In this document: piece after piece, positions 12,823 through 24,602 of the stretch | Layout of the letters: the number at the start of each line of letters is the position of its first letter | How positions within the stretch are numbered: the first letter of the stretch is position 1 | DNA from: Marsupella aquatica | Taxonomy: Eukaryota; Plantae; Marchantiophyta | DNA: 64,000 nt | Assembly: GCA_973895155.1 (NCBI GenBank) | Contig: OZ316892.1 | Location: forward strand, 21,639,619 to 21,703,618 | Reading direction: 5' to 3' | Translations under genes and position numbers: made by a program | Notes under the pieces: generated by a model | Told to the model about the DNA's origin: nothing | Database searches by the model: none | The model's input: only the letters and a program-made list of their open reading frames with translations

Positions 12823-15331
12823 ATGGTGGGAGGCGAATCTGGTGGTGGGGATGGGGCTGGACCTTCTCGGGCATACGATGAGGTGATGAAGGAGATTTTT
12901 GTTGCTAGGGCCGGGTTGAGTGTGGAGGATGCAGCTAGAGTAGTCCCGCTTTTGCAGACCTTGTTTGATGCCTCAAAGATTGAGGCTGAGAAAGCTGTTG
13001 TAGCAGCCATTGCAGCTGCAAAGAAGAAAAAGAAGGAGGCAAAGAGAAGCAAGGCAGATGCAGAGGAGTCTCTCTCTCCTCGAAAACGAGAGAAGAAGCT
13101 TCGGAGGGAGGCTAGGGAAGCTAAGAAGGGGCGAGTAGAGGAGCTCAAGCGAAAGGAAGCAGAGAGAGCTTTGAGGCCTGAGCTACCCCTAAACTCAGGT
13201 GGCTCTCCATTACCCAAGGGCTACAATCTCTTTCGCAGCCAATTCAAACAAGTGGTGCGGGCCAATTTGGGGCCATTAGATTACTGGGGCAAGAAGAAGG
13301 AGGAAGAGAAATCCAGAATTTGAGAGCAAGTGAAAGAACGATTCAAGAACGGGGCACACATTGACGATAGGTTCTTGAACAAGAGGATATCGGCCTCACT
13401 CTCAGACATGCAAAACCATCAAAGAGAGAAATTCAGGAACTACCTTGCTGAGATGCCGATGGATGCAGAGGTGGTCAGGGAGCAGGGCTGTCCAGATGCG
13501 CTTTCCTCAGATGAGTGGGCAGCTTGGCTTGAGGAGGAACTAGCAGTCCGAGCCTGGCTGCAAAAACGTCACTACAATCTTGAAATCAGCCTGGCAGAGG
13601 AGAAGAGGAAAGCTGGAGAGGAAATTGACATCCTCCCTCTCCAACAGATGCTACGACAGTGGCATGCACAAGAGGTAAGACTCCCCAAGCCACCAAAGGA
13701 CATCATAGCAGCTTTGCAACGAGTGCAAGGTCGACCTGTGGTCACTCACCGGATGGGGCAAGGCGGCTCCAATCAACTGAAGGCCAAATTTGTAAGATTC
13801 CTCTCCCTCCTCCCTAGCTCCTCCCCCCGACCACCTGACCTTCTATTGCGAAGAGTGACCGTTTTTTTGCCTCCAAATGCTTTAAACCCTTTGTGGCCCA
13901 ATGGTGTAATTTGCTCTCGGCCCTGTGCTTTCCGATAGGTGTCCGATTCTTTCTGCATTGGACCCGACATTGGACCTCTTGTTATTCATTTTTTGCCACT
14001 AACGTTCCGAGGCAGTTCCGATGCTAAGACAATCGGATGGAGAATCGGACCCCTTGTGGAAAGCTTAATTATCAGGTTTTGTGGCATTTTTAGGGGGCTT
14101 ATAGCAATAGTTTAACTCGGGTATTAGGTTTAGGGGTTTCATGATTGAGTAGCACTTTGTGGAGCTTTTTAAATTAGGGTTAGTTTTGAGAACTAGTTTG
14201 ATTAGGGGTTTATATATAGGGTATAGGATATGTATGGGTATGTGGCCGGGGTCCTATTTTAAATTAGGGTTTACTATGATAACAGTTTTAATGAGGCGTA
14301 TGTAGGGTGTGCATTATGGGGTCCAAGATTGCTTGGTTTCATGCTAATGGGATATTTTGTTTGGGACTGTAAACTGCCAGGAAAGGGAGTGGGGTAGACC
14401 TATTGGGCCATCCGAGAGGGATTTGGCAAAGAGGAATGGACCCCGCGCTCTTAAGCGCCACCTTGAGGATGAGTTGGGAGAGGTTTGTGTTCCCCCTAGG
14501 TTATGAAAATGTTTTTGGTTATGGTGAATTTGTTAGAGTTTTGGAGGCCCTATATAAACAAATTTAACAACAATTTAATCCTAGCTATGTATTGCGTAGG
14601 AGGAGGAGTCAGGATCGGATGAGGAGTCAGGTGGGGCAGGTGATGAGGATGCAGGTGATGAGGATGGTGGTGATGAGGATGGTGGTGATGAGGATGGTGG
14701 TGATGAGGATGCTGGTGATGAGAATGCAGAGGATGCGGCAGGGTTGGTGAGAGTGGCCACGGTTACCCCTATCCCTCATGTTGCCCCCACATCAGCAGAG
14801 GGTGCTGGTTCACATGATGCTGATGGTGTGGGCTCCCATCATTCAGCAGCATCACGGGGTGGTAGGCCCGGGCCGTCAGGGGGAAGTAGAGGTCGTGTGG
14901 GACCAGGCCATCGGTCAGGGGTACATAGTGCACCAGCTGGCCCTCCACGACGAGGGACTAGTGACATACAGGATGGTGGTTCTAGGGGTCGAGCGCCATC
15001 TCGTGAGTCTGGTGGGAGTACAACACGGCACGGGCCAGAGACAGCACATGCAGGTGGAGCATCCCATCACTCGCGTAGGTCTACCGAAGAGGGCTCCTTC
15101 CACTCTGCTGTGTCGGGGGTGGTGGGACATCTGTCTTGCCTGAGCACCATAGTGGTGCATCTAGTGGTTCAGGGTCTAGACCGGCATCAGGCCAACCCAC
15201 GCCATCCACTGAGCAGGTGGCTGCCACGGTTGTGGATAGCCACCAACATGAGGGGTACCTGTACCCCGCCCACGCTCTCGCCCAAAGAAGAAGGGAAGCA
15301 ACACACCTTTTTAGAGGTTTGTGGTACATAG
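12823..15331 (+). pseudogene. CACTA ORF2 (TnpA/Transposase_24-like), divergent from the transposase, with a stop and introns
   Basis: ORFs 12685-13323 and 13330-13938 are in frame across one TGA. CPDALSSDEWAAW and THRMGQGG motifs. Donor GTAAG near 13792. Acidic/low-complexity exon from about 14600. Confidence 0.55.
14630..14730 (+). repeat. 15-bp minisatellite GGTGATGAGGATG(G/C)(T/A) encoding GDEDG/A
   Basis: About 6 tandem units directly visible. Confidence 0.85.
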
Positions 15332-18300
15332 TGTCTGATAGCTTTGATTAGAGGTACCACATAGTGTAGGCCAGTTAGAGCGTCATTTTGGTGTTTCATG
15401 TAGCCGTCACCGGCCCCTATGGCTCTATTGCCTATCTGCTCATTTCATTTTGTACATATTGGGGTGTTCCCCATTGTGAAAACCTGATATTTAATTCAAC
15501 CACTACCTTGCTTTGAGCATGCTCTTTGGACCCTATTTTGTCAATCTCAGCCTGAACCCTAAACCTAAACCCCCAAATGATTCCCATGAATCCAGTATTA
15601 AACCCCCACAAACCCTAAATATCCATTATTAGTCAATCCGGTGACCTAGCTTATATCCGATACCATACGCTACAGAACTTCCAAAGTAAAATATTTTGGA
15701 CCCCTCCTCCCAAATGTCCGATATTTTCAGCATCGCAATTTGCGTTACAAACCACTACGGATGTCCCGATACGTATTGCTATGCAAACTCCGATATGTTT
15801 TACGTCGGACTATCCCATATAAAATACATCGGACCCTTGATATTACCTTGCTGTAGCATCTTAGTATCCGATGAAATTAGAATCGGACACAAATTATCCG
15901 AAACATCCAGTAACGGATGTACCAATTGTTTCAGCAATGAAAAGTCCGATGGATGTCCGATTGTCGATATCCGATGAATGAAGTATGGGAAATTGCGAAG
16001 TAAATCACATTGGACGCCTCATTTTTCCGCGTCAAAATTTCTGAAAAAGTCCGATGTTGTTAGGATCGGAAAAAGGGCCAAAAATGTACTAGTGATGGGA
16101 GTCCCATGGGTGACAGATCGGGGTGGCATCCCCGGGGTCCCCGTGTTGACCTGAGCTTCTCGTAATGATTTACGTACCTCCCTGAGCTTCTTCTCTATGC
16201 TCTTGCTCTTCTCTTGACTCTTCTTGGCTGCATCCAACAGGGGTCCATACTTCCCACCGACTTCCTTCACCACCATCTCAATGGCCCTGGAGATCAAATC
16301 CGGGGAAAGTGTGGAGCTAGGTGTGCAGGGTCTCTTCCGTTTCCCCAGACTCAAGGCCTCACTCCTCTTAGTCCTTGTCTCAAAGATCACCATTTGACTC
16401 CGTAGTGCTCCCACCTGGGCTCTTAACTCCACCACTTCTCCAGAATTCTGCTTCTCTTTGGCCAATGCCTGTTTCAATACTCCAACCTCTTCCGCTTCCT
16501 TGGCCTTGGTGGACAAGGCTCCCTTCAAGTTGGAGATCTCTACGTGAGCTGCTTAGAGAAGTTTAACCTTCTCATGAATGGCCTCCTCCTTGGCCTTGAT
16601 CACCTCCTTCATAGACAGGGCACTCTGCTCCAAAGTCTCTACTCTGGCGGTGGCCTGCTTGAGAGAACCTCTCAATGCGTGGACTAGCTTGAGTCCCTCA
16701 TGGACTCCCTCCCGGAATTCCCGTAACTCTGCCAGGTAGACATCAAGAATGTCGTAGACCAGGGGCTCCTCCGGATCTCCCACAAGTGATTCAAGCCACT
16801 CCAATGTGGAGTCCTCATCCTGGTTTTCTTCCTCTCTATTATCATCCCCAACCGTTGACGATGATCCCTCCGTTAGTTTCCCCACGATGGTAGTGGCAAT
16901 ACTCCTGATTTCCGTGGTAAGGGATGATCCAGAGTCTTCTTGTCCCGGGGAAACAATCCACCCTTCTGCTCTGGCCAGAAAAAATGACCCCATCAAGTGT
17001 GCAGCCCCACCTGGTTTCACACTCCCGGGATCTGCGTCCAATAGCTTCTTCAACCCATAGTACCACCATCCGTACACATGGGCTGGATAGTTCTTGATGT
17101 CCATAGCTACCACAAAATGCTCTCCATTCACCACCCCGGATTGCACGTTACCTAGGACCCGTTGATGAACCTTGGCCAGAAATCCCTTGTGCTCAGCATC
17201 CTTGACGGCGGAAAGAGGAATGGAAGTAGTGGAGGTGGGATTAATTACCCAACCGGCCACCATTGTCAACGTGAGTTCTCCCCTTATGTTCCGAGGTGTG
17301 AATGAGAATTGCTGGTTCTCCAGAAATAGAAGCTTACCTAACTCCACATGGGGCACTACCCGTTGGAGACATTCAAAGTAGATTCCTTCCGTACGTAACT
17401 CCATCCCGGCCTCAATGTTCCAACTCTTCCCCGAAGGGATTGTAATCTCCACCTTCATGAACTCCGTGAGCCCGATGGCTTGAAAAATATTCCTACAATC
17501 CTCCATCACCTTGGCGGAGGTTTTGGGATAAATTTGACAAAAAACCCTCCTACTCACTGGTGCAGAACTTGCCGCCAGTCCAGTACTCATTGTAGTTTCT
17601 CTCTCTTTTCTCTCTCTTGCAATCAAAGTCTCAACGTAGTCATGGTAAGTAGCCTTGTATCTTCGAATGTGTGCCGCACTAAACTCCTATTGATCCAGCA
17701 TCCATGCATCCAGAAATCAAATCCTCAATCACCAAATCCCGTCACCCGTAGCAATGTCAATTCCCTGGCCTGAAACGGCCCCTGTATCATGATCAATCAA
17801 TTACCCTCAATTCCCTCAGAAGCCACTCCGTGCTGCTGCCGCCAATGCCTGGAAGAATCATGCCAACAAGCCCCAACAATTGACCATGAGAAAGAGCTTC
17901 CAGAATAATTGTAAAATGTGGAGAGAGCTTTCGGCAATGAGAGAAATTGCTTTCGGCAGAGTAAGAAGTCGCGCAAAGAGAAGGGAGGGAGAAAAAAAAT
18001 GAATACAAAGGAAAGGGAAGTAAACCCCTTTCTTCACCCTCCTCATCAATTTTTTTTCTCCCGGCTCCCCTCACGCCATGCGCCCTGGCTCGTGGCCCTA
18101 TGAAGGGCTCGCGTATGCCGACACGCGGCCCTCCTCACCTACCGTCCCCGCACCTCACTGCAGGTGCCCAGTCCTCCAAGGTTGGGGGAATTTAATTCCC
18201 CCCCTTTCCTCGCAGCCCCTCATGCGGGCCCTTCCCACGGGAGCTTAATTGCCCCCCCCCACTCCGCGACCTTCTCCTCCTGGCGCCGGCCGCGGCCCGG

Positions 18301-19463
18301 TTGCGCTGTGCCCCGGCTTGCCTCGCGCCCCGGCTCGCGCCCTCTAGCTCACGGCGCCCTCCCTATGCAAGGGGCTGGGTCTCCCGGCGCCACCTGGTTA
18401 CTCGCGGGACATGCTCGGCTCGCCCCATGCCAGGCCACTTTAAGGGGCATTTAATCCCTCCCGCAGCCTCCTTCATCGACGGCCTCCGTAGCGCTCTGCT
18501 ACCCCGGCCTCCTCACATAGTACTCACGGTGCCCCATAATGGGGAATTTTAATTCCCCCCCCCCCAAGGCTCTTTTTACAAGGGGGTCTCAACGATAGCT
18601 CAAGCAAAATGGTAAGTCCTATGGGGTTGGCCCTAGCGCTTTTTAAGGTCCCAAAATATTTTCCCGCTTAGGTCACCGCAAATCTTAGAACTGTTACGAG
18701 AGAAAGAATATAAAGTCACCCGGGGCATCATCAACCTACAATGGTGGAATTAACTAAAAAAAATTAAAAATGGCTTATTTACAGTGGCTATTAACAAGGC
18801 ACACCCCTCTGCAACCCATTATTTGTGGTTTCAAGTGACGGGGACCCCGTCACAATTAGGTCTTAGCTGTGGTCCTGACAGGAGACCCCCTCTTCTCATT
18901 TGCTACTGCTATTCTCTCCAGACTTGCTGATTTTGGTTTGTCTTGGTGACGGCTTCTTTTGTACCCCTTGGGTTCCCCCCCCCCCAAGGGGGGGTTGTCT
19001 TGTTTTGCCGTGTGGCTTGTTTGCCCTGCCCGTGGGGTTTTTCGTGGGCTAAAACTATTTATAAATAAAAAATCAATTCCAAGGAGTAGCGCCTGGCGCT
19101 ACTCCAAAAAAAGGTGTCACAGAATCCAAAACATCTAGGAGGTCGGGTAAGAACAAACTAATCCCCAAGACACTCGTTGTCATTGACATACAACTCGGTC
19201 TATACTAAACAAAGTCCGAGAAACAAATCCGACTAGTGAGTGTCATTGTGGAATAAAAGCTATGCAAGGTGACGATACCTCTTACAACTTTAAACTCCAG
19301 AATATGTAGAGATGTCGCGAACAGTGAATCAACTTAACAACTAAAAAGTTGTATCCTACAAACTGAACATCCCGAACAAACAAAATCCTATCTCCTTTGT
19401 TCTTAATAGCGATAGCGCCGAGCGCTATCTATCACGAGAGTGTGCAAAAAGACTTCCTAAAGA

Positions 19464-19934
19464 TCAGGATATCGACGATCCACACTCATCATCGAGTCTT
19501 GCATTGAACCGATCTTCATCTTGATGAAATCCATCCTCCCGCTTAGCAAAAAAACGCGGCCCTGGAAGGCGACTCCTAAGCTTGCAATTCGGTATGTTCG
19601 AATCAGAGAATCCAACTCGCCCAGTCCACTGTTGAATGTCCCTACAAAATTGCATCCTTCCAACCCCATAGTGATCAGAAGGGTCCGGATCGTGAATAGA
19701 GAAACGCTCTCAAAAATACCGGGGAGGCGATAAATGAGCAGAAGGAATAGATTTTGATCGGAAACTTATCCCCTCGTCGGAGGCTAGCCACAGTTGATTC
19801 CGCTCAGTCGATGTCTCAGAGTGAGTAGTATCTTCAATTGGGAAGTTCGGAAACAGATCACCATCCGATGCTTTGCCCTCAAACTTCACGAGGCGGGAAG
19901 TCCTCTCTTGTTTCACCTGCTTCCCTTTGTCCAT
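19464..19934 (-). pseudogene. ORF3 of Mutator-like copy 1 (156 codons, one internal stop), unknown function
   Basis: MDKGKQ...ETSTERN..DEGIS...PPRYF*ERFSIH...GRVGF. Same length as, and alignable to, 56730-57200. Confidence 0.6.
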
Positions 19935-20360
19935 GGTCACTACACGAATGACTTTTTGTCTCTCAAAGGACTTGACACCAAAAAGCGCAAATGGCAAAGG
20001 CCTCCAAGAGCTCCTACAAATTGTCGAAAGGAGAGGGACGAAAGGGGAGAGTCTAAATGAAATGACTAACGATGCAGTTTTGAGCAAGAGAAAAAGTTTC
20101 CGTTTCATCACGCATACAGAGAAAACGCCAGTCCATTGAGATCAATGAGTACCACAGGCAATGACATTACGGAAGGGAAACAAACACTTGTACGGGTACT
20201 TCCGTTGAATTAAGTATTTCAGTACATTTGTCCTCCTGAAAGAATATACGGAACATCATACATTGCCCACCTTGTCTTAATCCAGCTTCACGTCATATGA
20301 ATAATAAGTAGCGTCGGGTGCTACTATTTTGGAGGGGAGAATTGACCAAACGGTGAAACT

Positions 20361-20420
20361 CTAATCTAATCTAATCTAATCTAATCTAATCTAATCTAAT
20401 CTAATCTAATCTAAGCTAAT
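20361..20420. repeat. (CTAAT)n microsatellite just downstream of the ParB-MTase stop codon
   Basis: 10 perfect units at 20361-20410 plus degenerate units. Confidence 0.95.
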
Positions 20421-20425
20421 CAAAT

Positions 20426-23400
20426 TTAATCTGCACACTCTGACCCACTACTCTTCGATCTATCTGTAGACTCTGCTTCATCGTCTACAAATTCATTCCG
20501 TGCCATGTCGTCGACAAAAGGATGATGGATAAACTTCCGATCCGAACCTCGTCTCAATTGCAAGCCTTTATTCTCCCAAGTCAGGGTTCTCCTGCTCTCT
20601 TCTTTGTGAGCGGCATACTCGGCGTAGGAAGGCAATACAAATGGTTTCTCCGGGGTAATGAGAACCTTCCTTGAAAATTTCCTTCGTAGGTGAAACCTCT
20701 CGCAAACATTCCACTCGGACCTGCGAGTTGGTTAGAACACTAAGTACGTGGCTTTAATTGATGTGTCTAAAACAAAACAAAGAAAACAAATAGTAAAGTA
20801 ATGTGAAGGAGCTTACGGGCATTACTCTGAGGAATCTGAATCATCTATTTCTCCTTCTGCATTCCCCTCTTCCTTCTTCTCTTCTACATTATCTACATCT
20901 TCACCACCATCCACATCACCAACATCGGCTTCTTCTTCTTTGGAATCAAAATTCAGAACATAACAAACTTTGTCCTTAACTTTTTTCCCCTGGTCTTTGC
21001 TCGGACCAGCCTCATTCACTTCTTTGGGGAGAAGAAGATCAGAACGTCTTTTCAGCAATGGACACAAATTCCTTGCGATTTTCAATCCCAAGAATGAAAT
21101 GGCCACAGAAGTCACCCGCAACAAATGTGCTCCCAGAACCAACCGTCCAATCCATAACAATATCTCCCGGATGCGTAATTAACTCAAGGACAGACTGCAT
21201 GAAGCCGATAGGCAGACGAGCATTCCCAGCAAATGCACCTTCAGGAGAAGGATCATTCTTGAGACTTTGCAATCCAATGAGATTCGTGATTGAAGGGTCT
21301 TCAGTTACAGACAAAGGCTTGAACTTTACATCCTTTGGAACCCTGACTTTCGATGTAACCCGACTGAAGATGTCAAGTCTTAAGGTGAAAACCTGTGAAG
21401 TAAGTAAGAAAAATGAGATATATAACAAGGGACATGGGTAGCGCCTGGCGCTACCAAAAAACCAGACGAAAAATAAAGACTTTAACCCTAAACTCAATAT
21501 TGTGAAATTGAATATATGACTAGCGCCAAGCGCTAGCCAAAAAGGTAATCAATGATGAGGATAATTACCTGACAATCGCTTTTGGCCATGTACATTGGGA
21601 CGCCCATTACAACATTGAGTGTTTTTAGGCACTGGAACTTCTGGGACTCTTGGCTTGCGGAAATAACTTGGGAGATCTGGTCGTACTCCCCAGTGTGCAA
21701 AACTGCTAACAATCCATCATCGGCTAGAAATGGGTCCATGGCCCAAAAAAAGGAACCTACAATTTGGTGATCCGGGACATTCCACTTTGGCGACTTCCGG
21801 TGAAGCAAAGAAGGTCTTAGCCCCGTTGGTAAATACACAAACCCCGCATCTACCCCAAACGCTCTTAACTTCCCTCCCCTTACAACGCCTTTCTCGCGGA
21901 GACCAAGTGCCACTAAGTCTTTCCCCCACTTTTCAATAGTCATCACCCATGCGGGTTTGGTCTCATTTGTAAACACAGATTCAAAAAAGTCCATAACACT
22001 GGACTCAACAAACTTATGACGTCTAACCTTTGAATTGAATCGACCAACTTCTCGTTGGACCCCGGTGGACGCAATCGAACCAAGATCGTGGTTCTTCTTC
22101 TTCTTTTTCCTTGTGCTCGTGGCATCAATAGGACGAGATACGTTGGCATTGGTTGGAGGAGTTTGTTCTTCCGAGGCGTCAGCAGCCTCCGTGTTTGCTT
22201 CGGAGAGCTCTGGGGTGATGGTCGTCTTTGCATCTTGCGTTTCTTCTCCCTCTGATTTTCTTCCCCCTGTAAAAAGTATGAATAGAAATTAATTAAGGAA
22301 ACTATACCAGCGCCTGGCGCTAGCCATCCAGTGTATCCATAAATTGGAACAGAATTATGAGTATCTATCTAACATTTCAAAGTAGCGCTTGGCGCTAACC
22401 AAAACTATGAAAAAAACCAGAAGAACAATAAGTTGAACATCTTACGTTTTCTTCCAGATTGTGTCGACGGGCTATTCAATCCTGTATCCATTTTTACTTT
22501 CGCGCGTGGCTTTCGGCTTCGGTCAACATGTGTGACTTCTGTCTCGCAAATTTTTTGAAGCTCAACCGCTGAAGCTTCCACATCTCCCACTAAACCTTCC
22601 TTCATTTCTGACAGCAATTTGCAAGGAACTAGAGATTTGGACAATTTCAGAAAGGAGTCTTTCTCAAATTCATCAAAAGGTGTATCCCACTTATCAGTAT
22701 CAAGGTACCACAGACACTTTGCTCTCTCCCACTCAGAAAGGTCATGCAGAGGGTTGGTTCCATCTGTCAGATACATACAATAAACCTCGCTGAATGCATC
22801 CCCATCCATGACAGACCACTTCTGGAATGCAGGAGGGTAAGCCCAGAAGTATTCAGGCGAAACGCTCTCCATGGACATGAAGAACCGATAAAGATATCTC
22901 TTTGCCCCGCTTCTGGTTTCATGTAGTGAAATCTCTTTCTCCCCATACTTTGAAGCCCACATTGTGTTGAAGAACTTGGCCTTCACAATATCTCCGTAAA
23001 TTCTGAAATCATTACAAACGCTCTGGACCAAACCATCAAAAGTATCTACTCCTCCTGTCACAAGTTGTTCGGGAGGCATGATCGATTCAACTTGCCTGAG
23101 AGCAGTCTGCAACATCCCTATTGCAATTCCTTCTATCCAACTCCACATGTGCCATGTATGACACCATTGCTTCACAGGTTCGTCATTCACACTAGGTGGA
23201 TGGAAAAATTGTTTTCGAAGTTCAGGTGTGCAATGTGCCACAAGAAGAGTAGAACGCAACTTTGGATCCAAAGTGGAGACAGCAGTGAAGAGTCGAGCAC
23301 AATCCATTGTACAAACAACGGACTTTGCTTTCTGTTCCCGCTTGTTCTTTTCTGTAAGAGTGTACATTTCTGCACAAGTTGACAGAAAATCATTGAATTC

Positions 23401-24602
23401 AGGACTTAGGAGAGGAGTAATCTTTGAGGTCTTCACGCTCCATTCCTTCGTGGCCTCCTTCATCATCGCTGCGTGACGCTTAGCGACCTCCTCCTTTGAC
23501 CATGGCCTTCCTTGAGAGTTTGCGGTTGCCATGTCCATTTTGAACTGGAGAGAGTATGACTTGATCTTGTTCTCACACAAGATGTAAACAAGAGCCTCCA
23601 AAGGCATCTTCTTGGTATACCAAGCGCCTTTCCTTGTCTTCGCTTGAATCGCCTCGAATCGTTTGAAGCTTCCTGTGTCAATGATCGCCTTATAATAATC
23701 AAGGTCATGGGACAGAATTTGATTGATTCGATTTGCATCCAAGATCCATGATGATTCTACCACCGCTTGTCCCAATCTGAAACCAAACGGAAGTCATCAG
23801 CACCAGGCACTAGCCAAACATCGACAAAAATATTCATTCTTTTTGACATTCAATGAAAGAAAATGATGGAACTTACTGATTGACTGTGTGCATTGCAGCC
23901 TCAATCTCGATGAGAGAGCCTCGATCTCCCTTGAATACAGTGCAAAGCACACGAGGATGGTACTTGATATTTTTGGGGTTTTCATCCGTGATCTGTAACC
24001 AAGAATAGAGACGATGATTCCCGTCAAATACACAAAACATCTTGTCTTTTAAGACAAGAAACTCGGGATCCACTTCGCAATCCGCTTCAAATTTCTCATT
24101 CTGGGAAACCCATACAACATCCCAACTCTCACGAATTTTGGGTATGCAAAATTGGATAACCCCTTCAGAATCAGCGGGTTGCACATAGAACCGCATCCCT
24201 ATGGAGGAGTTGTAACCGGAACTCCGAAATGAATCTTTGAGCTTCTTGATCGAAGCACTCTCCTTCTGCAAAGTCTGAACGACTTCCATGTTGACTAAGC
24301 GGCAAAGCGGTATATGGGGGGGATTCTTAGGCTCTCCTCTGAAATCAGTCCCAAATGACATCGCATGTTTCGCAATCACATCACCCATCGACAGAGCCCC
24401 TTCGCTTCTGTCCTCCATCACGAAATCGCTGAAATTCTCCATGGCTCCTTGTTTCTGCAGATGAGTGCAAAGCACTGTAGACTATTTGCCCAATATGTCA
24501 AAGCGACTGCGATGCAGTTGAGCGTGTAACTCTCCAAGTGTAAACAGAACCAGAGAATGAAGTCTCGGATGTCTCAAAATTATCGGGAGAAGTATTGTCC
24601 AT
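20426..24602 (-). pseudogene. 5-exon ParB/Srx-like + helical region + N6A/N4C DNA-methyltransferase-like fusion gene (copy 1, a few lesions)
   Basis: VFDGNHRL near 24010-24030. VDAGFVYLPTGL (motif-IV position) near 21830. PFLADDGLLAVL and LITHPGDIVMDWTVGSGSTFVAG..GHFILGIE (motifs X/I/II) near 21080-21180. GT-AG introns at 23876-23777, 22445-22267, 21568-21393 and 20816-20721, all conserved in copy 2. Confidence 0.75.

Larger units (their letters stand above)
6275..16094 (-). mobile_element. Complete CACTA (En/Spm) DNA transposon
   Basis: TIRs CACTAGTATATTTTTGGTCTCTTTCCGAT and (reverse complement) CACTAGTACATTTTTGGCCCTTTTTCCGAT. 3-bp TSD ATG at 6272-6274 and 16095-16097. Dense TCCGA/TCGGA subterminal repeats. 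Tnp2 transposase present. Confidence 0.95.
5838..17626 (-). pseudogene. Accessory retroelement ORF (Ty3/gypsy accessory/env-like N-terminus plus coiled coil), split by frameshift(s) and by the CACTA insertion
   Basis: ORFs 16553-17626, 16019-16528 and 6016-6273. Removing the CACTA and one ATG TSD gives the in-frame join ...HGTP-MATRQVLP. Family assignment is by resemblance only. Confidence 0.6.
4914..18854 (-). mobile_element. Solo-LTR-like element 1 (about 4.1 kb without the CACTA insertion) containing long ORFs
   Basis: Starts TGTCAC and ends GTCACA. 5-bp TSD ATTAG at 4909-4913 and 18855-18859. No terminal direct repeats seen. The flanks rejoin into the LINE 3' UTR. Confidence 0.75.
3241..19067 (+). 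mobile_element. 5'-truncated L1-like LINE inserted in copy 1 and interrupted by the 4914-18854 insertion
   Basis: RT C-terminal KYLGAP..., LSFTGRTLLVKHILQAIPIY, GGLGFKD and a zf-RVT-like region. The 3' UTR resumes at 18860 and ends A-rich. Possible TSD AAAAAT at 3235-3240 and 19068-19073. Confidence 0.8.

Noticed and set aside
15550-15620. AAACCCT-like motifs as interstitial telomere
   Set aside because: Only scattered single units, as commonly found in plant TEs and promoters. No array.
20426-24602. Bacterial or phage contamination explaining the ParB-MTase
   Set aside because: The gene has four GT-AG introns conserved in two copies and lies inside TSD-flanked elements interleaved with plant TEs.
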